Positions 1-12,692 are shown, counted from the stretch's first letter. The stretch: 64,000 nucleotides of DNA from Eledone cirrhosa (GCA_964016885.1 OZ024746.1:11718001-11782000); one strand, 5' to 3'. Translations and numbers: made by a program. Notes: a model not told the origin generated them from the letters alone.

Positions 1-599
1 TGCATACCACAACTTTCTCAACTCATCTATGCTTGATGAGTAAGACATGGTCACCTGACTTGGCATTGCTCACAAGATAACTTGTCTAACCCATGCCAGC
101 GTGGAAAAGTGGACGTTAAACAGTGATGATGGTGATATATAATAGTTCTCTGCTCTGTATATGCTGAACTAATTCACTCTGAAAAGGGTTTTTAAATCAG
201 ATGAAATATGTGTTTTCTGCACATAATGTAACACCATATACACATTATACATTATTTTAGAAAACAATATTTTACTTATAGTTTTATGCACTCCTTGTTT
301 CAATAACTTGTGTATCTTGTGTGTAAATATGTGTGGATGTAGGAATGTATATATGCATGTGTATAAAAACACACATGCATATATATATATAAGGACCAGG
401 AGAACTCTTTGGCTGTGTCAAAGACATAAGTTCCCTAGTGCTGGTGCCACAATAAAATGCATTCTGTAAAGCATGGGAACGTTTGTGAGATATAAAAATA
501 CCCTCCCCTAGTCTACCTGAGAGGGTTCGTGGCTCTGCTTGAATACTGACTCGGTCTGTGAGGATCCATCCATCCTTTGCTAAGAAGGCAGAATGATGT

Positions 600-1640
600 T
601 ATGTTATCATCATTTAACATGCTCTTTTCCATGCTGGCATGGGTTGGACTAGTTGTTCCAGACTAAGACAGTACTTAATTGTAATTACTATCCTCCCAGG
701 TGGGTGAGGGGCCACATTTGTCTTACATGCATTCCAGTTTTGGCATGGTTTCCATGTCTGGATGCCCTTCATATCACCAACCACTTTACAGTATGTACTG
801 ATTTTATTTTAACCACAGGGAGGGTCACCAAAGTATGTGTATTGAAATGGGTATCTACATTCATCGATACTGGTTGTTTTGTATGTTTTCAGCAGAGGTT
901 ATAGTTCTCTGAAAATTTTTCCACTCCATTCTTATCCTGGCTACTACGCTTTTGATACATACACTTCCACTATTGACAAGGTCATCCAGGTATCAGAAAC
1001 TGTCAACCACTTTCAGTGTATCCTCTGAGCAACTCAAGGAAGTTTTCCTTTTGTGTGTTCTTACTGCTAACAGTTCCAACAGATCTGCCACAAAGTCTAC
1101 CTTTTCTGTCAATTATACATCTACACCTCTTGTGAGTCCATAGGTCATTCTGGTTACAATGTATAGAATGTCTGCCTACTTCTTTTCTGCACATTCAGCA
1201 AGACCACTTTCTTCCTACTTACTAACACTTTTATCTTCCCTAAATTTACTCTAAGGCCTTTTGATTCCAGGCCTCATTTCCAAATCTGGACTGTCCTCTC
1301 TAGCTCCTGTATTGTTTTGGCTATGAGAACTAGATCATATACACAGGTGTTCCCATGGACAACCTGTTTTAAACTACTCTGATATGACCCGAAGGACTAT
1401 TATATAATAAATAAGGGGGAGTGAGGGGGGAGCATTGATGGACGCCTACCTGCATGCTAATTCTTGGCTCTCACCTTACTGACTGCTTCCATGTACATGG
1501 TTTGTACATCCCTAACAAGCGTCTCATCTAGTCCTAGCTTCTTTAGCATCCACCAGATTATAGTGGGACCCTGTCAAAGACCTTCTTTAGATCAACAATC
1601 CTGAGTATAGGAGGGCTTATTCCTAGCTAGGTACTTCTGT
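600..1640 (-). mobile_element. Degenerate RTE-clade LINE fragment with 3' tail
   Basis: Minus-strand RT remnants (GCPWE...DLVLIA near 1320-1365) with stops and frameshifts. RTE tail motif AACCCATGCCAGCATGGAAAA near 625-645. Confidence 0.7.
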
Positions 1641-2272
1641 AGAATAAATATATATATATATACACATACATACATATATATAGTAATAATAATACATACA
1701 TATATAGAGAGAGATTCAAAATCCCAACCACGGCGCCAAGTGGTTTCGGCTTGTGTGTTCAGCAATATATATGATTTTAACTGACTAAAGCTTTTGGTTA
1801 CTTCCTCTGAAATGAATATATATCACATATGTGTGTGTGTGTAGTAAATAAGTAAATATATATACACTAAACTATAGATAGAACTATTGTTACTCTTCTC
1901 ATCTTTAATGTTTACATTCAGCTAAATTCAGATATTTATATGAGGAAAATTCATACACAGAAGTACAAACACACACACACAAACACTCACACATCCATGC
2001 ATATAATTATTTGGTTTATTTAGATTGGTCAGACTGTTGGCATACTTCTGTCTGTATGTGTGGTTAGTAGTGATGAATATGTAAGTGATATCTTTGTTTC
2101 TTCCACTAAGCTAGTCTTGAAGCCTACTTAACTCTTCAGCTAGTTGAAGAAACACTAAAGACTCTAGTAGCAGTTTACATAATGTGAATGATATCAGACA
2201 CAAGGAAAATATAAATAAATAGAATGCTTACAAAAAAACAACAAATACAAATTCACAACTATTTTGGCGGGA

Positions 2273-2460
2273 AGCTTGATGATATGGTTCACTGGAATTA
2301 CTTAAGTTTTTAAATATTTAGCTTGACGATATGGGTCACTGGAATTACTTAAGTTTTTTAAATATTTAGCTTGACGATATGGGTCACTGGAATTAAGATT
2401 TTAATATTTAGCTTGATGATATGGTTCACTGGAATTACTTGGGTTTTTAAATATTTAGCT
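2273..2460. repeat. Minisatellite, 4 copies of a ~47-bp unit
   Basis: AGCTTGA(T/C)GATATGG(T/G)TCACTGGAATTACTTAAGTTTTTAAATATTT repeated four times, third copy shortened. Confidence 0.9.
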
Positions 2461-2534
2461 TCCATTTTCAACATCATACAAAAAAAAATTGGTGTTTTCA
2501 TTTTTTTTTTTTTATTTTATATTGCTTTCTTTAA

Positions 2535-2742
2535 CCCTTTTACCATTTACATTATTCTATATATATTATTGTATTTTCACGGTAAAGGCTTTATCTCACA
2601 TAATATCGAATCTATGAGATTTTGATATTATTTATGTTGAGAACAGTACCTTAACATCAGTATGAGTGGCTAGTTACAGCCAGTTTGAACAGAAAGAGGT
2701 GAGAGAATTCTGGCCAGATAGGGCCGTTTAAATGGTGAAGGG
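2535..2742 (+). mobile_element. piggyBac-like MITE family A (~210 bp, TTAA target)
   Basis: TTAA|CCCTT...AAGGG|TTAA. Homologous copies at ~27928-28133 (+), 38458-38662 (-) and 45550-45950 (nested pair). Confidence 0.85.
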
Positions 2743-2962
2743 TTAATTTTGGTTGTTTTCACAGATTATTTACCTTAATAACGTTTTTTTTTACATCTAT
2801 GTCTGATTATTTGAAAGGTCTGCTGTATATTGTAAATTAATAATTGTATGAAGATATAAACAATTGTAGTGTTTAGTTATTCATTCAAAGTTGAGATATT
2901 ACTCTACTATGAATTTTGAGATTCCCACTTCTATCAGATTACTCACATAGAGAGATTCAGCC

Positions 2963-3130
<168 letters not shown>

Positions 3131-3165
3131 AGAAGAAATTAAAAGATGGTTAAAAAAGTTCCATG

Positions 3166-3236
3166 TATTTTATTATGTGCATTTCAAAAACAAATATCAT
3201 CCAGGGACGATATTTGCGTTCTCATCAGATAAAATA
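3166..3236 (-). ncRNA. Type I hammerhead ribozyme motif, intact core
   Basis: UAUUUUAU-CUGAUGA-G(aacg CAAAUAUCGUCC cu GGAUGAUAUUUG uuuu)U-GAA-AUGCACAU-A^-AUAAAAUA: 8-bp helix I, long helix II, near-palindromic helix III. Confidence 0.75.
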
Positions 3237-3793
3237 GGGAGACATGATATGAAGCTTAAAAAAGACACTTGTGAGCAAGGTAGTGTCTAAACAACATATG
3301 ATAAATAAAATTAAAAGGATATATGAGATTAGAAAAAGGAAAGGAAGGGGAGAAGGGTAAGGAAGATGAAGAAAGAAAAAAGAAGGAAAGGATAATGGAG
3401 GAAGATTATAAGGAGGAGGAAGGAGAGATAAAGAAAGAGAGATAAACATTTAAACTGAGAAACGCTGTCTCATACAGAGAGATGACTGAAAAAAACGGTT
3501 GTAAAATTTATAAATAAATTAAATAAATTAATAAGATTTTAAATTTAAAAGTTAATGAGGTTTGTTGATGATGATGCTTATGGTTGCAGATATAGAAATT
3601 AAGTATACTATTTCTTTAGGGTTTAAATAGTGAACGATTTATTAAGAAGTGCAAAAATTTATTAAAAAAGTATTAAGATAAAATTAAGTGAAATAAGATA
3701 ATCTCATATATCCTTTTAATTTTATTTATCATATGTTGTTTAGACACTACCTTGCTCACAAGTGTCTTTTTTAAGCTTCATATCATGTCTCCC

Positions 3794-3864
3794 TATTTTA
3801 ACTGATGGGAACGCAAATATCGTCCCTGGATGATATTTGTTTTTGAAATGCGCATAATAAAATA
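3794..3864 (+). ncRNA. Type I hammerhead ribozyme motif, A9G core variant
   Basis: Mirror copy: UAUUUUAA-CUGAUGG...GAA-AUGCGCAU-A^-AUAAAAUA, with a perfect palindromic helix III AUGCGCAU. Confidence 0.65.
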
Positions 3865-4287
3865 CATGGAACTTTTTTAACCATCTTATATATACTCCAG
3901 TCCAATAAACTGTTGAGTGCTACTTATCCGATATTTGCATTGCTTTATTGTGCTACAATAAAACTCACCTCCTACATATATATATATGTATATGTGTGAG
4001 TGTATATATATGTATGTGAGTGTGTGTGTGTATATATATATATATATAGGAACAAGTATGACCCCGACGGCAGAGCTCAAGCCGTTTTGACGACTAATTC
4101 TGGCCATCGGGGTCATACTTGTTCCTATTACCCACTCTACTACCCTAAGTATTGAGTACTTTGGTGTGTTATGGTCTATCTGGTTCCTTACCACATTTCC
4201 TTCGTTATATATATATATGGTGGTGGCTGCCAACTCGTTTTCGAGTACGTCCACTACTTTATATCCATGTAGGAGAACCCCTGTGTG

Positions 4288-4321
<34 letters not shown>

Positions 4322-4548
4322 TGCACACATACATGTATGTAACTGAGACAGTATATTGTTCAAACTTATAGGTAAATATTAAGAAACTCATTTTTAGATA
4401 TTCTCTGCTAAATAGGATATTAAGAGTTAAGCCAAGTACATCACTTTCATCCCTTTCAAGAGTAGATATTTGAACTTATAAGAGAGAAGCTCTTGTTATT
4501 AATATATATATATATATGTGTGTATATATATATATATGTGTGTGTGTG

Positions 4549-4585
<37 letters not shown>

Positions 4586-4624
4586 ATATGTATATATATA
4601 TATGTGTGTGTGTGTGTGCGTGTG

Positions 4625-4666
<42 letters not shown>

Positions 4667-5489
4667 GTGTGTGTGTATAGTTGCTTATCTTTTATATGTA
4701 TATCCTGTGTATAAATGAATATGGATGTAGATTTCTATAAATGTATATGTATGTGTGTGTGTTAAATCATAAATATTTATGCTCAATACTTGATAGATTA
4801 GAAAATCTAAAATATATTTAATGTAGGCATAACAACAGTTCAGAAATAGATATATATATAATTATATACATATATTGCATGCTTAATTATACTTATATTA
4901 ACATATGTATGTATGTACACAGACATACACACACATATGTTGATATGAATATAATTAAGCTTTATAATGAGATCGTCAAAAACAAATCATAAAGACACGT
5001 TTATTTATGTAGTACACAAGAATAGAAGCATTTATCCATTCTGGTGTAAATTTTTCTAATACTCTAACTTTTTATTTTTATTATGCACTTTTTTAAAACG
5101 GTTTTCAGATTTTTATGTTTTTGAAATCTGGGTTTCAGAATTTATATGGATAAACAAAATGTGGTGAAGGTACATAGCCTTGTGGTTTTGGACTCAAGAT
5201 CATAACGTCAGGATTTCAAATCCTGGACACGGTGGTGTATTGTGTTCTTGAGCAAGTCAATTCATTTTACATTGCTTTTCATGATACTACTAGGGCCCTA
5301 GCATTAAAGCATCCAAGAGACCTCCTATGAGATGCTAGATTAACATGCATAAATGTGAGCTGAACTTTTTTCTTTTTTTTTAGAAATTATTGAAATTATT
5401 GGGATCAGGATATTTACAGTTGCAGTAATTGTAGCTTAAATCAGAAACAACTGGATTCCTATTTAAAGGATATTAGTTTTGGAAATAAT

Positions 5490-5670
5490 TGTTTCTACTT
5501 TAGGCACAAGGCCAGCAATTATCCAGTTCATTACTGGTACTTTATTTTATCGACCCTGTAAGGATGAAAGGCAAAGTTAACCTCGGCGGGATTTGAACTC
5601 AGATCGTAAAGGGACGTAACTATGCTGGAAAGCATGGCGTCCGACCCTCTACCGATACTGCCAATCCACC
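5490..5670 (-). mobile_element. tRNA-derived SINE family 1, young copy with 18-bp TSD
   Basis: Pol III B-box GAGTTCAAATCCC, core GACTTTGCCTTTCATCCTTACGGGGTCGATAAAATAAAGTACCAG (this copy has minor substitutions), tail AGAAACAATTATT. TSD ATTAGTTTTGGAAATAAT at 5472-5489 and 5671-5688. Confidence 0.9.
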
Positions 5671-5711
5671 ATTAGTTTTGGAAATAATGAAAGTAGTACA
5701 TGTTCAATAAT

Positions 5712-5898
5712 TGTTTCTACTATTGGCACAAGGCCAGCAATTATCCAGTACATTACTGGTACTTTATTTTATCGACCCCGTAAGGATGAAAGGCAAAGTT
5801 AACCTCGGCGGGATTTGAACTCAGAATGGCAAGGGCAGTAACTCTATGCGTCAAAGCATGGCATCCGACCCTTTACCGATACTGCCAATCCACCGCCC
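5712..5898 (-). mobile_element. SINE family 1 copy with 15-bp TSD
   Basis: Same family. TSD TACATGTTCAATAAT at 5697-5711 and 5899-5913. Confidence 0.9.
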
Positions 5899-6597
5899 TA
5901 CATGTTCAATAATGACAGTATTGTACTGTTTCACATTCTGAATATTTATAATTCTGTTGTTTCAGTTTTAATTTATTAAAAATAAAACTGTAATTACAAT
6001 TGCAAACAAAATATATCTATGCACTTCAACTGCAAACAAACCCCCACCTCACTCCACCCTTACCTCCCAAAAAATGAAAAGAAAAGAGAGTTAATGATAC
6101 ATATGAATATTATGGTTTTTGGGGAAAAATGGGTAATTTTAATTTGAGCTAATTTGGCATTTTGACTCAACAGGAAATCTTTTATTCTAGTTACTTATTG
6201 AAACATGGAATCTGACACCTCAGAGCCAGAAGAAAGGAATTCCCGCACTTTTCCAACACTAGGCAATGCTTCTGATAAAGATTTTGCTAAGTCAAAGTGC
6301 ACATTTAAATTTTTTTTTTTTTTTTCCCACTTTCTTTTGATTTCTTAAATCCTTTGACTATCTCATCATTTTAGCACGTGTGATACTAACAAGCAATCAT
6401 CCACAGTAACAAATGTCTTTAAACATATGTACTGTAGAAAATCTTTTATAGTTAAAATTAAGTTTCCCAACTGTTGAATTTCTACATCACTTTCATTTTA
6501 CTTCCAAACCTCTCTCATCATTATTGATATGTTTTCTGAAGACATGTACATAATATCCAATTTTATTGTTTTATTCTTCACTTCCTACCATGCTGCT

Positions 6598-6780
6598 ATT
6601 TGGCAGTATCGGTAGAGGGTCGGACGCCATGCTTTTCAGCATAGTTACGTCCCTTTACGATCTGAGTTCAAATCCCGCTGAGGTTGACTTTGCCTTTCAT
6701 CCTTACGGGGTCGATAAAATAAAGTACCAGTAATGCACTGGGTAATTGCTGGCCTTGTGCCTAAAGTAGAAACAATTATT
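6598..6780 (+). mobile_element. SINE family 1 copy
   Basis: Near-identical to the 47203 copy, slightly 5'-truncated. Confidence 0.9.
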
Positions 6781-7689
6781 TCAATTACTTGTTTAACATC
6801 AACTGTTGAAATTTTATCTCCACTGTTCACATTGTCACTTTTTCAACTGAGTTTTTTTGGGGGTTTTTTCTGCACTGGGTTTTCATATCCTGGATTATCT
6901 TTAGATCCAATGGTTGTAAAATTGCTGTGCAAGTTGGTCAAAGATACTCCACCCAAACATGATCTAAATGAGAGAATTTACTATATACAAGACAGTTTTT
7001 CCTTCTTCATTTTCTTACCCAGTTTCGTTAACTAAGAAGCAAACAAGTCTTTCATCTCTCCAACCTTTTTGTTGACATCTTATTTTAACTCCTTCATTAC
7101 CATATTTCTAATGAAATACACTGTATTTTAAGTATTTAGTGAAGAATTTGGGAAGGATTTACAAAGTCATAATTTTATTAGGATGGTAATTGTAACATAA
7201 ACAAATTTTCTTCTATAAAATTGTGTTGGAAGGTTTAAGTAGGAACATTTTAAAATGGTGTTGTTTCATAGAAGGTAGTGTTGGACAAGTTGATATTAAA
7301 AAGGTTATCTAGAAAATACATGACATTTTTAAGCATCTTGGATTTTTTTTATTGTTCAATAACAAATAGGCATAATTTCTAAGTTCCTGTCATGTTGCAA
7401 TAAAAAAGAATGAATTAATTGTTACTTTGATGTCTTTCCTTCTCTGCAGTAGAGCTGCTAGAATGTGATGAGGTAAAAACTAAAAAAAAAACAACACCAG
7501 TCTCATCTGCATTATGTTTCCTTTGTTGTAGGAAAAATATTTTTATTTCAGACTTATTTGCATTTTGTACTAAAATGTCATCTACTTGACCACATAACTT
7601 GGACTGTTGTCCTATAGTAGTCAATCCCATCTACTTAACCACATAACTTGGACTGTTGTCCTGTAGTGGTCAAGAAGTTGATTCAACAA

Positions 7690-8030
7690 TCCAACATTGG
7701 TTTGAATGTCCAAGTGAATTGCCATATCCAAAACTTTCTCTTGTATAATCAGCCTGTTAATTGGAATGTTTCTTTCCCTCTGGTTGTAAACCAGACAATA
7801 ACTGCTTCCTCAATATCTTCCATCTTCGCAGCCCCTATGCATTGTTGATGTATTGATGTATCTCCTGATTTCTTTTTCTTCAACTTTAGTCCAATCATTA
7901 AGAATTACAGATAATATCAGTGAAGTGATGTGAAACTGCAACACAGTATTTTTCCTTTCCTGAATTAGCAACTTTCGGAATTCCCAGCTTTTCTTCTCAT
8001 AAAATTGTTCACCTTTTCTTCACTTTGCTG
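7690..8030 (-). pseudogene. Tigger/pogo (CENP-B-like HTH) transposase relic
   Basis: Minus-strand frameshifted translation AAKMEDIEEAVIVWFTTR / ERNIPINRLIIQEKVLDMAIHLDI resembles the CENP-B/Tigger DNA-binding domain. Confidence 0.55.
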
Positions 8031-10109
8031 TCCACGTGTTACACAATGCCACAATAACAAACTACAACACAAACTCAGATAAATTTGGGAGCCTTTGTGT
8101 TTCCAGATACCCATGAAACTAAAAGTTTTTTGAAGTGGGTTTTCTTAGACAATTTTACAACTAATGTGATGTCTAAAAAATTTCTGTTGTAGTGAGAAAT
8201 TTTGATTGCTTAGGGTTCAGTTTTATTTGGTAACATTCTATTATAACATGATACTTTTAGTGTTGCTTCAATATGGCCAACAAATTTTGCTCTACTGAAA
8301 AATTTGTCATATTTGTATTTGCTCTGACAGAATTTCATGTGTGTTTGGATCTTACTGTTTGGTGCTCTCTTTTTCTATATCCTCTCCTTGAGTAATAGTA
8401 TCTCTTTCTTACTTGGAAGAGAGGTACCCAGCTTCTGTTTATGTAGTATCTATCAATAGGTGACTTCAAGAGTGAGGAAATAATAATTTTGAATTTCAAT
8501 GCTTTTCGTAAGTGCATTAGCTAGATTTAGCAACATCCTCACATGTATACATTACATACATACATACATTTATATACACACACACATGCATGTATACATA
8601 CGTAGCTATTTGGTTAAATTTACTTTCTTATATATGTGGTACATTGAGCAAATGTCATCTACCATAGCCATGGGTTGATAAATGCCTTGTTAGTGAAATT
8701 TTATACAGGGAAACTGAAAGTTTGTTGTATGACCAAGTATGTATATGTGTGTTAATTGGATGGAGGAATGACCGATAAATTGACATAGAAAAAAAATTTC
8801 CATATAGTATTTAGACTTTAGTAAACAGAGATCTATAAAATAAGTCGTCACGGTCAACTTAGCCTGTCATCCTTTCAGAATCAATAAAATAAAGTACTAG
8901 TCCAGAGCAGTGGATTAGCAGAATTGTTAGACTGTTGAACAAGATGCCTTATAGTATGTATTCCATCACTTTGTATTATAGTTCAAATCCCATTGGACTA
9001 CAACTATGCCTTAACAGAGCCCATTTTTTTGCAAGAACTTGGCCGTGTCCCCAGTTAAGGATGCCTTCTACTCTCACTCCTATCGATCTTAAAGGCTCTA
9101 AAAGGGATTATTGGCACTTACCCGCCTCCCTAACTAAACAGAAAAATAGTACCAGACAAATTACTGGCATCAATAAAAAATCTAATAAAACCAGTAAAAT
9201 AATATATATGTATATATATATAGAGTGGGGGAGGAATACATACACGCAACAACATATAAAGCTTTTTACCCTGTCATATCTGCCTTTCTCTTCCCCTCTC
9301 TCTATGTATATATATATCTGTGTGTATATGTCTTCCTTGCACTACATCTCTCTCTCTCTCTCTCTCACATATATACATACACATTGACTAAGTATTATTC
9401 ATGGCTCTAGACAACTACTTTCTGCTTATGAGAATAGAACACATATAGATTTATTGATCTAAGTCTTTTGTATGTAAATGACCTATCATTTCTGTTGTAA
9501 GTGGTCATTCTCTGAACAGCAGCTTTTAAAAGACCTGTAAGAACATGGTGGTGAGGGTGAAAGGAGGAGAAAAGATAAGAAGGCTGTCCCCATTTGTGTG
9601 AGGGTTGACTAGGTTTTCCCTGGCTGTTTACATCCAGTTGTTAATTGTTTGACATGACAACATGTATACATTACACAGTGCACTGACTCTTTACCTGCTG
9701 TGGGATATTGATAGATTGCTGGAAGTCATGCATTTGAAGTCTTTAAGGTTGATTTATTGTAGCAGTTTTATGAAGTGAGAGGTTGGTGTGTATGTCTTGT
9801 TTACATGTGATATTTGATCATCTTTTTATGGATGACATTCTTTGTTGAGATTTCAAAATTGATGCATTCTAATATTTTGAGGGGGGTGGGGGGTTTCATT
9901 TGTATTTCTGGCTGTGTTTTTCTGAATCAGTTTTTATTGGTCAATATCCTGTCTTTTAAGGGTTGAGATTTATTGTGCTTTGTTATTTAGTTTATCTGTT
10001 TTGGAGATGTTGGTTTGAGCTTTATGGTTTAAATTCTCAATATTTCCTTTTTCATTAGTTGTTTTATGTTTGTTATTAGTTTTGTGTTTATTATTAGTAT
10101 TATTTTTAT

Positions 10110-10610
10110 TTTTATTACATGTTGTTACTGCATTACTGAGCACAGTTCTGTGTCTTGGGTATGTGCAGTTTCTATTGTATTGACAGTACTCTTTGCAATA
10201 TATGTGCAGTGCCTAGTAGTGCTATTTTCTGTATGCTATATATATTTGTAAGTCCTGGGGTTTGGGTTATGTATTTTTAGCATTCCCACAGCACCTATTA
10301 TTATAGGCATTGTTTCTGTATCATCTGCATTAGAGTTATTTCTATCTCCAGATCTTTATATTTGATAATTTCTCCATTTCCTTGATTGATATGTCAATTA
10401 GAAGGCCTTGTCATTCTCTGACACTTTTTCTGGTGTAAATCTGTACCACCCTTTCTGTTGTTATTTTGACATAATCTCCAGTGGAAGTACCTCCAACCTC
10501 TATCATGGCTGTGGATATATTCCTTTTTGGCTGACTGGGCAGCCAGAGGCAATGTGATTAGTTGTTTCTTCCCCACTTTCACATATTCTACAAAAGTTAC
10601 TTACTGAATT
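10110..10610 (-). mobile_element. R4/Dong-like (restriction-like endonuclease) non-LTR retrotransposon 3' fragment
   Basis: CCHC motif CRICESGEETTNHIASGCP, then KKEYIHSHDR...YFHW, then a tail homologous to 29900-30220. Confidence 0.75.
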
Positions 10611-10760
10611 GAATTCCTTCAAATTCTTGATTATTTTCAAAATTATTTCAAAATCATAGGCATTGTAAACCATGCTATCAATGGTTGTCTTTCCCCCTGT
10701 ACCAACAGAAGTCACAGTGAGCACTGAGCACTTCCAGTTAATGAAACACTTGCCAATTTT

Positions 10761-10762
<2 letters not shown>

Positions 10763-10833
<71 letters not shown>
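10763..10833. repeat. (CT)n microsatellite
   Basis: Pure CT repeat of about 35 units. Confidence 0.97.
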
Positions 10834-10836
<3 letters not shown>

Positions 10837-11449
10837 AGCAGTGGTATCTATTTACTGATCATTAGACTTGATCATTGAGAGCTAAGTGTCTTGGCCAAAA
10901 TACATAGTAGTGTCAGTGACAAGATATGAACCAAAAGCCTTTGGACTTGTATTCTAGTACCCTCATAAACAAACATATACTTGAGGAAGAAAAACAAACA
11001 GCAACAAAGGGCAACTAAACTTCAGACTAATCATGCCATAGTACAACAATTCTGAACTTCAGACTAGTCATGCCATAATACAACAATTCTAAATTAGATA
11101 TGTAAATAATCTAAATCGTTTATTGCCTATCTTGATGAGTATATTGATTTTATTTTTATAAAGCTACCATATTGTATTATCCATGTTGCTCAATATTTAT
11201 TTGAATATGTTTAAGCCACTAGTGTCATGAGTACAGTACTTAGCGTGGTCCCTGTACATCTTTAATTCCAATACAACCACGGTAGCTGTATAGGCAGAAG
11301 TCAATAAAGTAATCAACTACTAAACACTGGATTGGATTTGAAATGAGGCCCTATCCTGGGTTATCAAATTGTTTTCAAAACACGTGGTAAGTTTTTGGCC
11401 CACGTTGAGTGTGATGTAGGAATGGAGTGCGAGACTAGCAACCTTACCT

Positions 11450-11700
11450 CCTGCTTCTTCACCCACTTATTCCTGAGAGGTTTATAAGGCAGAGTCCTCA
11501 AACAGTCCTTCCAGTGGGTCCTATCAGAAGCAACTGTCTCTAACTGATCCAGCTGGATTCTCAAGCAAGACCAGCCAAGCTCATGGATGTTATCCAACCA
11601 TCTTGTTTGGGGTCTACCCTTGGGTCTCCTGTCGGTTTGGTTTTACCCGTAAAATCTGTCCAGTGATTCTTTCCTCAGACATTCTAACCACATGCCCATT
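11450..11700 (-). mobile_element. LINE 3' end fragment, same family as 62490-62820
   Basis: GHVVRMSEE...RPKGRPQTRWLDNIHELGWS, a typical non-LTR ORF C-terminus. Confidence 0.7.
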
Positions 11701-12692
11701 AATCAAAATTGCTACTGAAACGATGAGTAGATACCTGACCTAAGGGTAGGCCTATGATAAAGTTTGCAACATGCAGAATGGGGATCTTTTGTTGGCCAAT
11801 CTTCCATTGACAGCAAAAGGAACTAAAGAAGATTACAAAGCTAGCCAAGATGTTTGTTGTCATATATTGATGTAAGAAATCAATATTTTTTCTTATCTTT
11901 TATTAATTTATTGATCAGTACCAGCAGTAGTTTCCATGCCATCATAATTATATTTTATTGCCCATATTTCAAGGCAACCTTGGGTTCTTGTTTGCAATTC
12001 AGCATTACTCCATATATCTAGATCTAATATCCTCTCATTTGTGAGGCTCGCCATTCCCCAATCCAAATTCACTATGTCTTTTCATGTTGTTCTTCATCTA
12101 CTTACTCCATAAGTGCCTACAACTATTATGGAAACTGAAAGTAGTTGACATAAAGAGAAGTTTTGGACCTCTTGGTTCAAGGTATTTTTCATCATATCAA
12201 AATGCTTGTATCTCAAGTGATAAGTACTTATGTGTGTACACTCTGTGCAGAGTATTAGTGCATGATTAATATCCTCCAAAATGCCATTCCAGCATTTGCA
12301 AATCAGTTAGTTGCACTGCGTTTAATGTATTATGTTGCCACTAATTCTTCTTTCATTCTTTATTTATTTCTTTATATATGAAACGACGAGCTTATATGAT
12401 AATTTCATTTTTCAAAATGCTACAGAGACAGTGCAATATTGTTTTGACATTCTGTAAGTTGCTTTGGGAATAGAACCAGAACGGATGATAATTAGAGATG
12501 AATTGAATGACGATATGGTGCAAGATATTTATTACTTTACTGACAATATTGATAAAATACACTGAATAAGAAGTTGACTACAATTGCTGAGGATTAAATT
12601 TCATGCAGTGCCTGACCAGAGATTAAGTGAAAACAGATTATCTAATAAATTTGTCAATGGCAGGCAAGCAATGTACATAGGTATGCGTGTAT

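Larger units (their letters stand above)
3143..3887. mobile_element. Penelope-like fold-back element with 188-bp inverted arms
   Basis: 3143-3330 is the near-perfect reverse complement of 3700-3887. Each arm carries a hammerhead motif; the unit abuts a (TA)n tract. Confidence 0.75.

Noticed and set aside
2273-2460. CRISPR-like array
   Set aside because: Units are contiguous with no unique spacers, no cas genes are present and the context is eukaryotic.
7579-7673. 49-bp tandem duplication; similar short duplications at 11018-11091 and ~17967-18039
   Set aside because: Ordinary local duplications with no further structure.
11940-12310. Possible coding exon (KCWNGILEDINHALILC, - strand)
   Set aside because: Many stops; more likely a decayed CCHC region of a non-LTR retrotransposon.
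12671-12680. ATGTACATAG|gtatgc as THOC7 exon 1 (MYID-DIIRRR)
   Set aside because: Phase fits, but there is no promoter-like context and it abuts an RTE tail; such 10-nt matches are expected by chance.
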